Shown: positions 10,816 to 19,568 of the stretch, in pieces
Position numbering within the stretch: the stretch's first letter is position 1
Layout of the letters: every line of letters starts with the position of its first letter
DNA from: Aquificaceae bacterium
GTDB lineage: Bacteria; Aquificota; Aquificia; Aquificales; Aquificaceae
Length of the DNA stretch: 58,763 nucleotides
Direction: 5' to 3'
Assembly (NCBI GenBank): GCA_039630345.1
Contig: JBCNVD010000002.1
Location: 1-58,763, forward strand
Program-made: the position numbers and the translations under genes
The notes under the pieces: generated by a model
What the model was told of the DNA's origin: nothing
The model's database searches: none
What the model saw: only the letters and a program-made list of their open reading frames with translations

Positions 10816-10830
10816 GCTAAAATTCTAATT
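10816..10830. promoter_or_regulatory. putative bidirectional promoter with overlapping -10 hexamers
   Basis: TAAAAT (+, 10818-10823) is 7 nt before ATG 10831; TAGAAT (-, 10827-10822) is 6 nt before the proB ATG. Confidence 0.55.
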
Positions 10831-10995
10831 ATGAAACCCAAACACGCTCTTCCTCTCCTTACCATCATTGGCGCAACTGCCCCCAATTGCGCCTGCGGTG
10901 CATGCCCCTCCTGCTTTGCAACCTATGCCTCAATCACTGCCCTTGGCATCTACATAGGCACAAAGAAAATCTTTAAAAAACTAACCCAGAACTGA
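10831..10995 (+). CDS. small Cys-rich putative membrane protein (54 aa, CxCxxCxxC)
   Basis: MKPKHALPLLTIIGATAPNCACGACPSCFATYASITALGIYIGTKKIFKKLTQN; fills the only gap between proB and the DUF815 gene; -10 box upstream. Confidence 0.7.
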   Translation: MKPKHALPLLTIIGATAPNCACGACPSCFATYASITALGIYIGTKKIFKKLTQN

Positions 10996-11712
10996 TCTCC
11001 CCTTTATGTATCTAATAAACTGAATCGCGCTTCGCGCAGAAAACCCCCTTTCTCTCCCCCAAAGGAGCGCCTTTTCTCTTATGTCTTCTTTGTTAAACTC
11101 CTCCCCGCTTAGGTTTTTAAAAACTACCTTTAAAAACTCTTCCTGCCCCCCTCTTGAAAAGGCAAGCCTTAAGCCAAACCTTTCAGCAAGTGATAGCATG
11201 CTGGCTCTATCGTCAGCTTCAAACTTTGAGCCATTCTCTTCCTGAAAGACTATGTTTCTTCTATTTGAAGTTGCATAAACTATGCAGTTCTCAGGTCTTT
11301 TTTCTATATCCCCATCAAGGATAGACTTAAGAAGATAAATCCTTTCGTCGTCTCTTTCGAAATTTAGGTCGTCAAAAAATAGGATAAACCTCTCTTTTAA
11401 AGGTCTTAAAATCCCATAGAGCTCTGAAAGATGCTCTATGTCGCTTTTGTATATCTGAATGAGTCTAAGTCCCATATTTGCAAACTGCCCAAGCATCGCC
11501 TTAACAAGCGACGACTTTCCCGTTCCGCTATCGCCCCACAAAAGCGCATCGTTTGCCTCAAAGCCTTTAACAAACTGAAGGGTATTTGTCCAAAGCTCTG
11601 TCTTTTGATAGTCGATGTTTAATAAATCATCAAGCTCTGGAATATCAGGATGTTTTACCTCATAAAGCCTGCCGCTTTTAAATCTATAAGCAAGAGCATC
11701 AAATGAGCTCAT
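10981..11712 (-). CDS. DUF815-family AAA+ ATPase
   Basis: NTLQF, LLWGDSGTGKSSLVKA, FFDDL.F, LKSILDG, YATSNRR, SLAERFGL. Confidence 0.88.
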   Translation of the reverse strand: MSSFDALAYRFKSGRLYEVKHPDIPELDDLLNIDYQKTELWTNTLQFVKGFEANDALLWGDSGTGKSSLVKAMLGQFANMGLRLIQIYKSDIEHLSELYGILRPLKERFILFFDDLNFERDDERIYLLKSILDGDIEKRPENCIVYATSNRRNIVFQEENGSKFEADDRASMLSLAERFGLRLAFSRGGQEEFLKVVFKNLSGEEFNKEDIREKALLWGRERGFSARSAIQFIRYIKGRSVLG

Positions 11713-13267
11713 CTTTAACTAGCTTATAGGTCAAGCTATCGCTAAGGGCAATCCATGAAGCCTCTATGATGTTTTCAGAAACTCCTACAGTTCCCCACTC
11801 CCTCCTTCCATCGGTTGACTGGATTAAAACCCTTACCCTTGCCTTTGTTCCCTCCTGCTCGTTTACTATTCTTACCCTGTAGTCTTTTAGCTCAACCTCT
11901 TTAAGACTTGGATAAAACTCTTCCAGACACTTTCTTAAAGCCCCATCAAGCGCACTCACAGGTCCGTTGCCAAGAGAAACCGTATGCTGTATGGTTCCTG
12001 CTACTTTTATCCTGACGGTTGCTTCGGAAACTGGCAAAGAGTCCTCTCTTCTCCTTGCTATCAAAACCCTGTATGCTTCAAGCTCGTAAAACTCTTTCAA
12101 AATCCCAAAGTGCCTAAGGCACAAAAGCTCAAAAGAGGCGTCCGCGGCTTCAAACTGATAGCCCTCTTTTTCAAGCTGTTTTATTCTCTCAAGAAGTTTC
12201 AAAAGTTCTGGTGAGTTTTCGTCCACCTCAAGACCCATCTGAGAGAGTCTATGCCTTAGGTTTGACCTGCCAGATAGGTCAGATACAACGACCTTTCTGC
12301 TATTTCCAACAAGCGATGGGTCAATGTGCTCGTAAGTTCTTGTATCTTTCAAAATAGCGGATGCGTGAACCCCTGCTTTGTGCGAAAAGGCCCCCTCTCC
12401 AACATATGGCATGTTTGCAGGTATAGGTATGTTTGAAATTTCAGAAACAAAATGACTTAACTGTGTTAGTTTTTTTAAACTCTCCTGACTTACAACTCTG
12501 TAGCCAGATTTAAGCTGCAAATTTGCTATAACAGAGCATAGATTTGCGTTTCCACATCGCTCCCCTATGCCGTTGATAGTGCCATGAACCTGTGAGGCTC
12601 CTGCAAGGACTGCCATTACTGAATTTGCAACCGCGCATTCAGCATCATTATGAGCGTGTATACCAAGTTTTACCTCCCCTAGTTCTTTTTTTACCTCCCT
12701 GACTATTTCAAAAACCTCGCCGGGCAATGCCCCGCCGTTTGTGTCACAGAGAACTATCCAGTCCGCTTTTGCCTCCTTTGCAGCTTTTATGACCTTGAGT
12801 GCGTATTCTTTGTTTGCTTTGTAGCCGTCAAAGAAGTGCTCCGCGTCAAAAATCACCTCTTCGACGTTATTTTTTAAAAACTCTATCGTCTCATAAACCA
12901 TCTCCAGATTTTCCTCAAGGCTTGTCTTTAGAGCATTATGAACATGAAAGTCCCAGCTTTTGCCAAAGATTGTGATTGTGTTAACCCCCGAGCGAATAAG
13001 TTCTAAAACCTGCTGATCCTCATGTGCTCTTTTGTTTGGTCTTCTTGTTGAGCCAAAGGCTACTATCTTTGAGTTAAGTTTTAGCTTCTTTAGCCTTTCA
13101 AAAAGTGCAGTGTCTTTTGGATTTGCCCCCGGCCATCCGCATTCTATGTAGTCTATTCCAAATTCGTCCAGCTTTTGAACTATCCTTAGTTTGTCCTCGA
13201 GCGAAAAGCTCACCTTTGGCGCCTGACTGCCGTCTCTTAAAGTCGTGTCGTAAGCGTAAATTTTCAT
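11699..13267 (-). CDS. cimA: citramalate synthase (LeuA-family)
   Basis: DTTLRDGSQ, GWPGANPKD, FDAEHFFDG, HAHND, GERCGNANL, HKAGVH, C-terminal regulatory domain GNGPVSALD. Confidence 0.9.
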   Translation of the reverse strand: MKIYAYDTTLRDGSQAPKVSFSLEDKLRIVQKLDEFGIDYIECGWPGANPKDTALFERLKKLKLNSKIVAFGSTRRPNKRAHEDQQVLELIRSGVNTITIFGKSWDFHVHNALKTSLEENLEMVYETIEFLKNNVEEVIFDAEHFFDGYKANKEYALKVIKAAKEAKADWIVLCDTNGGALPGEVFEIVREVKKELGEVKLGIHAHNDAECAVANSVMAVLAGASQVHGTINGIGERCGNANLCSVIANLQLKSGYRVVSQESLKKLTQLSHFVSEISNIPIPANMPYVGEGAFSHKAGVHASAILKDTRTYEHIDPSLVGNSRKVVVSDLSGRSNLRHRLSQMGLEVDENSPELLKLLERIKQLEKEGYQFEAADASFELLCLRHFGILKEFYELEAYRVLIARRREDSLPVSEATVRIKVAGTIQHTVSLGNGPVSALDGALRKCLEEFYPSLKEVELKDYRVRIVNEQEGTKARVRVLIQSTDGRREWGTVGVSENIIEASWIALSDSLTYKLVKDELI

Positions 13268-15084
13268 CTTAATCTTCTAATCACTATAGCAATTGATAAA
13301 AGTGTCAACGCCATTGTTGCATCTAAAGCACCTAAGTTGCATCCGCCCTTGCCTGAGCTTACCTGAGAATCAGACCTTAGTTCTACATTCCTTAAGTCAC
13401 TGCTTGCGAGAAAAGCCTTGCCACAGCCATATTGATTGTTTGGCACTGCGCCGACCGCCTGGTCTTTTGTCGCAAAGGTGCAAAGCACATTCCTTACCTG
13501 CTCAGGGCTTAGATCTGGATTTGTCTCAAGAAGCCTTGCTATCAGTCCCGTAACCACAGGGGAGGAAAACGAAGTTCCTGACAGGAATGAATAGCCACCG
13601 CCAGGCCTTGCAACAAAAACTGCCTGCCCACCTGCAACTAAATCCGGTTTTGTCCTGCCGTCGATTGTAGGGCCTCTTGCTGAAAACCTTGCGATCCTTC
13701 CAATGAGTTCTTGATTGTTCCTGTCAGGTCTTATAACTATTGAGCCAACCGAAATTATGCGTCTTCCGTCCGCAGGTTCTGAAATAGAAAAAAGAAACGA
13801 ATTAAACTCGTCCCTTGGTCTTAAATTTGAAGGAAGACTAATCCCTGGCGGGACAAATACACTTACTGTCCCCATTTGCCCGCTTTCTAAAACTATTCTT
13901 AAGTTAAAACTTCCAGTGCATCTTGAGGAAAATGTAACCAGGGTCTTTTGGTTTGTTGGATATTTCTCTCTTTTGATGTTTTCTATACAGCCTAGCTCTC
14001 TTCTTGGGGCTGATTCTGTTGATATAGCGCAGCCTCCTGCGCGAGAGCATAGCTCGACCCTATAGCCCGAAGATTGCGGAAACCACACCTCTATGTCCCC
14101 TGCTTCGCCAAGGTTTAGGGGAATCGTTACATCCGAAGGGTTTTGCAAAATTGCCCTGTTTGGAGTTAGGCCGCTATTACCAGCTGAAGCCACCGCTATC
14201 ATCCCGGGTCCCAGAGCCCTCTCTATAGCAAGCGTAAAGAGCCCAAGTCCGTCACCGGGACCGTAGTCAGAACCCAGAGAGATGTTAATCACTATGGGTC
14301 TTGAAAGTTCCTGGCGCTTTCTGGATAGGTATTCAATTGCCCTTATGACTTTAACATCAGTTGGAACAGGATCTCTCTCGTCTGTTATCCTGATTGCTAT
14401 GATTCTTGCATCGGGTGCTATACTTGAAGCAATGCTTGCAACTGCAGTGCCATGACCTATTGAGTCTTTGTTGCATCTTCCTGAAGCTATTTCTCTCTCT
14501 ATCTGGGCTCTATTTAGCTCTGTTGCTGAATTAATCTCGTAGAAAAACTCAAGCCTTGAGCTATAAGCAGGATGACATATGTCAACTCCACTATCAACAA
14601 TTGCGATGTATGTTCCTCTGCCTGTTGCGCTATTGAGCGTTGCACCAGAGCCTAAGTGCAAAGCATTCGAAGGAGCGCCAAAGGCGTTTAAAGAGCTTAC
14701 TGCAAAGGCTGCTGTAGAAGATGGGGTTATCCTTGGCGCTATGGTGCTACATCTAAATCTCCTTGAGCCATCCTGAGCGATCTGCTCAATAGTGCAAGAG
14801 CTATCAAGGTTTACACTCGAGCCAAAATCCCAAAGGAGCATATTCTGATTCTGAGATATGGTAAGACTAACCGGCAAGGATGTAAAAAACCCTACACAAT
14901 AGCCTCTTATCAGCTCGTCGTGATACTGGAGCTGTTTTTCACTCTCTAAATAAATAGGAGAAGTTTGTAAAAACCTGACCCTCGAGCTATCGACTACACT
15001 TACGCTTCCGTCCTGAAAATAAGCCTTGTAAAATTCCGCCCGGGCAAGAGTTACAAAAACTGCTATTAAAATCAGTATCCTCAT
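13264..15084 (-). CDS. secreted S8 (subtilisin-like) serine protease with C-terminal GGC-TM-basic sorting signal
   Basis: Signal peptide; catalytic IVDSG / GHGTAVAS / SAGN / SGTSFSSP; C-terminus SSGKGGCNLGALDATMALTLLSIAIVIRRLR. Confidence 0.9.
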   Translation of the reverse strand: MRILILIAVFVTLARAEFYKAYFQDGSVSVVDSSRVRFLQTSPIYLESEKQLQYHDELIRGYCVGFFTSLPVSLTISQNQNMLLWDFGSSVNLDSSCTIEQIAQDGSRRFRCSTIAPRITPSSTAAFAVSSLNAFGAPSNALHLGSGATLNSATGRGTYIAIVDSGVDICHPAYSSRLEFFYEINSATELNRAQIEREIASGRCNKDSIGHGTAVASIASSIAPDARIIAIRITDERDPVPTDVKVIRAIEYLSRKRQELSRPIVINISLGSDYGPGDGLGLFTLAIERALGPGMIAVASAGNSGLTPNRAILQNPSDVTIPLNLGEAGDIEVWFPQSSGYRVELCSRAGGCAISTESAPRRELGCIENIKREKYPTNQKTLVTFSSRCTGSFNLRIVLESGQMGTVSVFVPPGISLPSNLRPRDEFNSFLFSISEPADGRRIISVGSIVIRPDRNNQELIGRIARFSARGPTIDGRTKPDLVAGGQAVFVARPGGGYSFLSGTSFSSPVVTGLIARLLETNPDLSPEQVRNVLCTFATKDQAVGAVPNNQYGCGKAFLASSDLRNVELRSDSQVSSGKGGCNLGALDATMALTLLSIAIVIRRLR

Positions 15085-15103
15085 TTGCTTATACTTTTAT
15101 AAT

Positions 15104-16516
15104 ATGCCAAGTATCTTAAGACTATACAGGGTTATTCCTCTGGAGGAAGATGACTCAAGCATCAAAATAATGGTTCCAAATGATATCTCCCCCGAGGTGC
15201 TTGAAGAGGTGCGATTTTTTACCGGAAAAGACTTAAGACTCATCAAGATAGACCCTCAGGAGTTTTCAAAAATCCTTCAGGAAAGACTTGCCCAGGAAGC
15301 CATAGTGGTCGAAGGTCAGGAAGAAGAAGGCTCTGAACCTGCGGATATACTCTATGAAGATGAATCCAGCCCCGCTGTGGCTTTTGTTAACCAAACTCTT
15401 ATAAAGGCAACCAGCGTAGGCGCTTCAGATATTCACATAGAACCTAATCAATCAGGCGTTAATGTAAGGTTTCGCCTCGATGGAGTTTTAAATGAGTATA
15501 CAACCATCCCTCACTCTCTTCACGAACAGGTCGTTTTAAGAATCAAAGTACTTGCAAACTTAAATGTTGCGGAAAAGAGAGTGCCTCAGGATGGCAAAAT
15601 CTCTATAAAAGTAGGTCAGCGAAACTTTGATGTAAGAACATCAGTAGTGCCTTCTGTCTTTGGCGAGCGCGTGGTTTTAAGGCTCTTAGAGCGCGGGGCA
15701 AAGCTACTGGAACTTCAAGACCTCGGACTTTCACCTCAGGACCTTCAAAAACTCAAGAGACTATCGCAAAAACCCTACGGCATGATAATAGCGACAGGTC
15801 CAACAGGCTCTGGCAAAAGCACAACTCTTTATGCGATGATTTTAAATATCAAAAGCCCCTCTAAAAACATAATAACCATTGAAGACCCACCAGAGTATCA
15901 AATAGACGGCGTTAGTCAGGTGCAGGTAAATCCAAAGGTAGGTCTTACATTCGCTAGCGGCCTAAGAGCTCTTTTGCGTCAAGACCCTGATGTTATTATG
16001 GTTGGTGAAATCAGAGACTCGGAAACTGCGCAGATTGCAACCCAGGCAGCTCTAACAGGACATTTGGTTCTTTCAACGCTTCATACAAACGACGCTCCTT
16101 CCGCAATAACAAGGCTTTTTGACCTTGGCATAGAACCTTTTTTAATAGCGTCCTCGCTCGAGGGTGTTTTGGCTCAAAGGCTTGTGAGGCGAATATGTGA
16201 CAATTGCAAGGTTGAATATACCCCTTCTGACGAGGAGCTAGCTCAGCTTGGTCTTTCAGGTGGCAAGTTCTATAGAGGTCAAGGCTGTGAGAAGTGTCTT
16301 TACAGTGGCTATCGCGGAAGAACCGCAATATTTGAAGTGCTTGAGCTAAACGAGGAAATAAAGCGTTTGATAGTAAGAACACAAGACTCGAATGAAATCT
16401 CAGAGTTTTTAAAAGCTCAGGGCTTTTCGAATATGCTTCAGGACGGCATAAGAAAGGTGCTTCAGGGTATTACAACAGCCGAGGAAGTCCTAAGAGCCGT
16501 AAAGAGCCAGCAATGA
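15104..16516 (+). CDS. gspE: type II secretion system ATPase GspE/PulE
   Basis: ASDIHIEP, PQDG, GPTGSGKST, TIEDPPEY, LRQDPDVIMVGEIRD, STLHTND, tetracysteine CDNC...CEKC. Confidence 0.9.
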   Translation: MPSILRLYRVIPLEEDDSSIKIMVPNDISPEVLEEVRFFTGKDLRLIKIDPQEFSKILQERLAQEAIVVEGQEEEGSEPADILYEDESSPAVAFVNQTLIKATSVGASDIHIEPNQSGVNVRFRLDGVLNEYTTIPHSLHEQVVLRIKVLANLNVAEKRVPQDGKISIKVGQRNFDVRTSVVPSVFGERVVLRLLERGAKLLELQDLGLSPQDLQKLKRLSQKPYGMIIATGPTGSGKSTTLYAMILNIKSPSKNIITIEDPPEYQIDGVSQVQVNPKVGLTFASGLRALLRQDPDVIMVGEIRDSETAQIATQAALTGHLVLSTLHTNDAPSAITRLFDLGIEPFLIASSLEGVLAQRLVRRICDNCKVEYTPSDEELAQLGLSGGKFYRGQGCEKCLYSGYRGRTAIFEVLELNEEIKRLIVRTQDSNEISEFLKAQGFSNMLQDGIRKVLQGITTAEEVLRAVKSQQ

Positions 16517-17571
16517 TAAAGCGTCTTATATGTGCAAAAAACGAAAGTAAAACCCTCACTATTGAGCTAAACCTCATCACCAAAAGGTGGAAAATAGTTT
16601 CAAAACAAAAAGAGCCGGATGTTTTGCTTATTCCATCCGGGCTTTGCTTTATAAAGCGCTTTGATAGCGAAGAAAACCTTGAAAGTTATATTCAGGAAAG
16701 GTTTAAAGACCTAAAATATAAAATTTCAAAAACCAAAGAAGTCTCCTATATTGCGGTTTTAAAAGAAAATCAGGAAGGTATAGACCTTGAGTTAGAACCC
16801 TTTGCAATTGCGCGCGTTTGCGCAATGCATATAAAAGACGGACTTTGTCTTAGTTTAAAAGACAGCTATCTAACTTTTGTTAAATTAAAGTCCGGGCTTC
16901 TTGAGTCTTTCAGAACCATTAACGTTGGTTTAGATGATTTAAAAACGCTTGATTTTTCTTTGGAAGATGCTCGCAAGAGATTTCTAAACATAATAGAAGA
17001 TAGCGGATACTCTATCCCTGATAGGTTAATTCTTTTTTGTGAAAAGAGCCCTGTTAACACTGCATATTTTAAGGACTTTGAAATCAAATATGCGGGCAAA
17101 GACCCTGACCTTATTGGTGCATGTCTTGGTAAAGCCTTTAAAGACATATATCCACGCTTTAGTCAAAGCATATTTAAAACTCAGGAATTTAAAAAAACTG
17201 CCCTTGCGGGCACATCTGGCGCTTTGCTTTTGCTCTTTTTCAACTTCTTATCTTCTTACTTTTTTAAAACCGACGGATTAAGAGATATGCAAAGACAGGA
17301 GTTTAAAAAAGTATTTCCAAATGAGCCTGCTGTATCTCCCTATAGACAGCTAAAATCCAAGGTAAGCTCCGGGGAAGGATATTTGCTATCTTCTCTTCTT
17401 GTTGAGGCTTCTTCCTCTTTGCGTAAGGGGATGATTATTTATAGCTTTGAATTTGATAGCACGAGCCTGAGCATCAAAGGAAAAGCCCCTGAGAATTTAC
17501 TTAACGGCTTAAATCCAAGGTCAGTAAGGCAAGTGCCTGATGGCAAGGAGTTTGAGCTGAGATTCCCATGA
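16513..17571 (+). CDS. putative GspL/PilM-PilN-like inner-membrane platform protein
   Basis: Cytoplasmic N-domain, single TM (~aa 230-250), periplasmic FKKVFPNE...SLSIKGKA; position after gspE. Confidence 0.6.
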   Translation: MIKRLICAKNESKTLTIELNLITKRWKIVSKQKEPDVLLIPSGLCFIKRFDSEENLESYIQERFKDLKYKISKTKEVSYIAVLKENQEGIDLELEPFAIARVCAMHIKDGLCLSLKDSYLTFVKLKSGLLESFRTINVGLDDLKTLDFSLEDARKRFLNIIEDSGYSIPDRLILFCEKSPVNTAYFKDFEIKYAGKDPDLIGACLGKAFKDIYPRFSQSIFKTQEFKKTALAGTSGALLLLFFNFLSSYFFKTDGLRDMQRQEFKKVFPNEPAVSPYRQLKSKVSSGEGYLLSSLLVEASSSLRKGMIIYSFEFDSTSLSIKGKAPENLLNGLNPRSVRQVPDGKEFELRFP

Positions 17572-17945
17572 GATATTTGCTATTTGCTGTGTTTTTGCTC
17601 CTTGCTACTTTTAGCCTAATGAGATTTTATCGCCTAAGGGACGAATATTATAAAGAGTATTTAAAAACAAAGGATTTTATGCTCCTTGCAAAAAACTATC
17701 AGCTTAGAAAAAAGTCAGCAATAAGCGAAGACCTTATTAGACAAAAAGTCTCGATAGCTGGAGCTCAACTAAGCGCTTTTTCACAGCTTGATGTTGGCTT
17801 TGAGGTAAAAGGTTCGTCCTTAAAAGGCGATGCTATCTTGCAGTTTATATACTCTCTTGAGCAGGAAGGTCTTGAAATTCTAAAATTCAAAGCAGTTGAT
17901 AACACAGGTCAGGGTCTTTACGATTTTGAGATGGTAGTTAGATGA
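17568..17945 (+). CDS. putative GspM/PilO-like protein
   Basis: N-terminal TM, short ferredoxin-like tail (LQFIYSLEQEGL), position after the GspL-like gene. Confidence 0.55.
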   Translation: MRYLLFAVFLLLATFSLMRFYRLRDEYYKEYLKTKDFMLLAKNYQLRKKSAISEDLIRQKVSIAGAQLSAFSQLDVGFEVKGSSLKGDAILQFIYSLEQEGLEILKFKAVDNTGQGLYDFEMVVR

Positions 17946-18790
17946 TTATAGTTCTTGCCCTCGGGCTCTTTATTGGAGCTGGATACATGATAGCAGACCT
18001 ATATAGCGCCATAAAGAGCGCAAGAGCTGTAACTTCACAGTTTTACGCAAATTTACAGGCTCTTTATGTTCTTCGCTCCGCCAGAGAGCTTGGACTGGCA
18101 ATAGTTAGAGCGGATGATCCTTCAATAGATCATCTAAATGAGAGGTGGGCTTATCCTCTGGAATTTAAAACCGAGCGTGGGGAGCTCTCTATTAGAATCT
18201 ACGACGAAGATAGGTTTATAAATCTCAATCAGGCAGGCGATAATCGCCAGATATTTGAAAACATCTGGCGGAAGTTAAATCTCGACAGAGAACTCCTGCA
18301 AAGACTGCTTATATGGACTGGCAAAGCACCAGGTCAATTCGAGAGCGAATTTCCTATAAAGAGAGCTCCTTTAAGTAGCAAGGAAGAGCTGTTGCTATTG
18401 GGCTTTAAAGAAGAGGAACTAAATGGCAGGGTCGTAGGTCAGCAGTTTTTGCCCGGGCTTTTATCTATAGGCACGGTTTATTCTTCAGGGAAGGTAAATA
18501 TAAACACAGCTCCCGCTTCGGTTTTGGAGCTTTTAGACCCTTCTTTTGACTCTGCTGTGGTTAGCAGGATTATAGAATATCGCAGAAAGACCCCATTTAA
18601 AAAAGTCGACGACCTTGTTTTGGTGCAAGGCGTTAGCTTTGATGCTCTTTATAGACTCAGAGACTTTATAGATGTCAAAAGCACACACTTTAATATACAA
18701 ATCGAGGTAAAATCAGGGGGATATACCGCAAGTTATGTTTTGATATTTGATAGAGGCAAAAATGCCCTGGTATACAAAAAAATCAATTAG
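17942..18790 (+). CDS. gspK: type II secretion minor pseudopilin GspK
   Basis: N-terminal hydrophobic helix, DHLNERWA, IYDEDRFINLN, GKVNINTAP, HhH-like segment. Confidence 0.85.
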   Translation: MIIVLALGLFIGAGYMIADLYSAIKSARAVTSQFYANLQALYVLRSARELGLAIVRADDPSIDHLNERWAYPLEFKTERGELSIRIYDEDRFINLNQAGDNRQIFENIWRKLNLDRELLQRLLIWTGKAPGQFESEFPIKRAPLSSKEELLLLGFKEEELNGRVVGQQFLPGLLSIGTVYSSGKVNINTAPASVLELLDPSFDSAVVSRIIEYRRKTPFKKVDDLVLVQGVSFDALYRLRDFIDVKSTHFNIQIEVKSGGYTASYVLIFDRGKNALVYKKIN

Positions 18791-19241
18791 CTTCGGGCTA
18801 TATCTGGCTTTTTTATTGCTTTTAATCTCAAGAAAATGGATCGGGTTTGATATATCAGGGATTATACTCGTGCTTCCGGTTATTTTTTTGCCAGACAGCA
18901 GGATTAACCTGTTTTCAAAATGGAGCTTTTTTGCGCTCTTGATGCCACTTAGTTATCCGGTCCTTGGCGATAGATGTCTTGACCTTTGTGCTCAGGCTCT
19001 TATAGAGGAGATTTTCTTCAGAGCTTATTTGATGATGAGTTTTTCTAATTTGTCTTCTTCTTTTATGTTTTCGCTGGCTCATTTTCTTATTTATTTTGAT
19101 ATATTTTCTGCTCTTACATTCTTCCCGTCTCTTTTTTTTGGGTTTATATATTCAAAAACCAATAACTTACTTTTGGTAACTGCTTTGCATCACTTTTCAA
19201 ATGTTTTATGGTTTGGGTTTTTGATAGAGCTCTTTACCTAG
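18762..19241 (+). CDS. CPBP/Abi glutamic intramembrane protease, myxosortase/MrtJ-like
   Basis: EEIFFRAY, FSLAH, TFFPSLFFG, LHHFSN motifs; last gene of the T2SS operon; ATG 18762 has GAGG SD. Confidence 0.82.
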   Translation: MPWYTKKSISFGLYLAFLLLLISRKWIGFDISGIILVLPVIFLPDSRINLFSKWSFFALLMPLSYPVLGDRCLDLCAQALIEEIFFRAYLMMSFSNLSSSFMFSLAHFLIYFDIFSALTFFPSLFFGFIYSKTNNLLLVTALHHFSNVLWFGFLIELFT

Positions 19242-19567
19242 CTCGCTTTTGAGCCTTCCGGGATGTCCCTATCAGGCACTATGAGACTTAAATTATCTCC
19301 ATTGGTAAGAGCCAGAATCATCCCTCTGGATTCTATTCCAAATATCTGCCTTGGCTTTAGATTTGCCAGAAATAGAATCTTTTTCCCTATTAGCTCTTCG
19401 GGAGAGTAGCTCTTTGCAATGCCTGCCACTACTGTCCTGACCTCTTCGCCCAGCGAAAGAGATAGCTCCAGAAGCTTTTCAGAGCCTTCGACTCTTTTTG
19501 CTCCAATCACCTTTGCAAGCCTTATATCAAGCTTTTTAAAGTCCTCTATAGAGATAAGCTCGCTCAA
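19238..19567 (-). CDS. tRNA-binding OB-fold protein (Trbp111 / MetRS C-terminal domain-like)
   Basis: DFKKLDIR, GSEKLL, RTVVAGI, ANLKPR.IFGIES.GMIL. Confidence 0.9.
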   Translation of the reverse strand: MSELISIEDFKKLDIRLAKVIGAKRVEGSEKLLELSLSLGEEVRTVVAGIAKSYSPEELIGKKILFLANLKPRQIFGIESRGMILALTNGDNLSLIVPDRDIPEGSKAS

Positions 19568-19568
19568 G

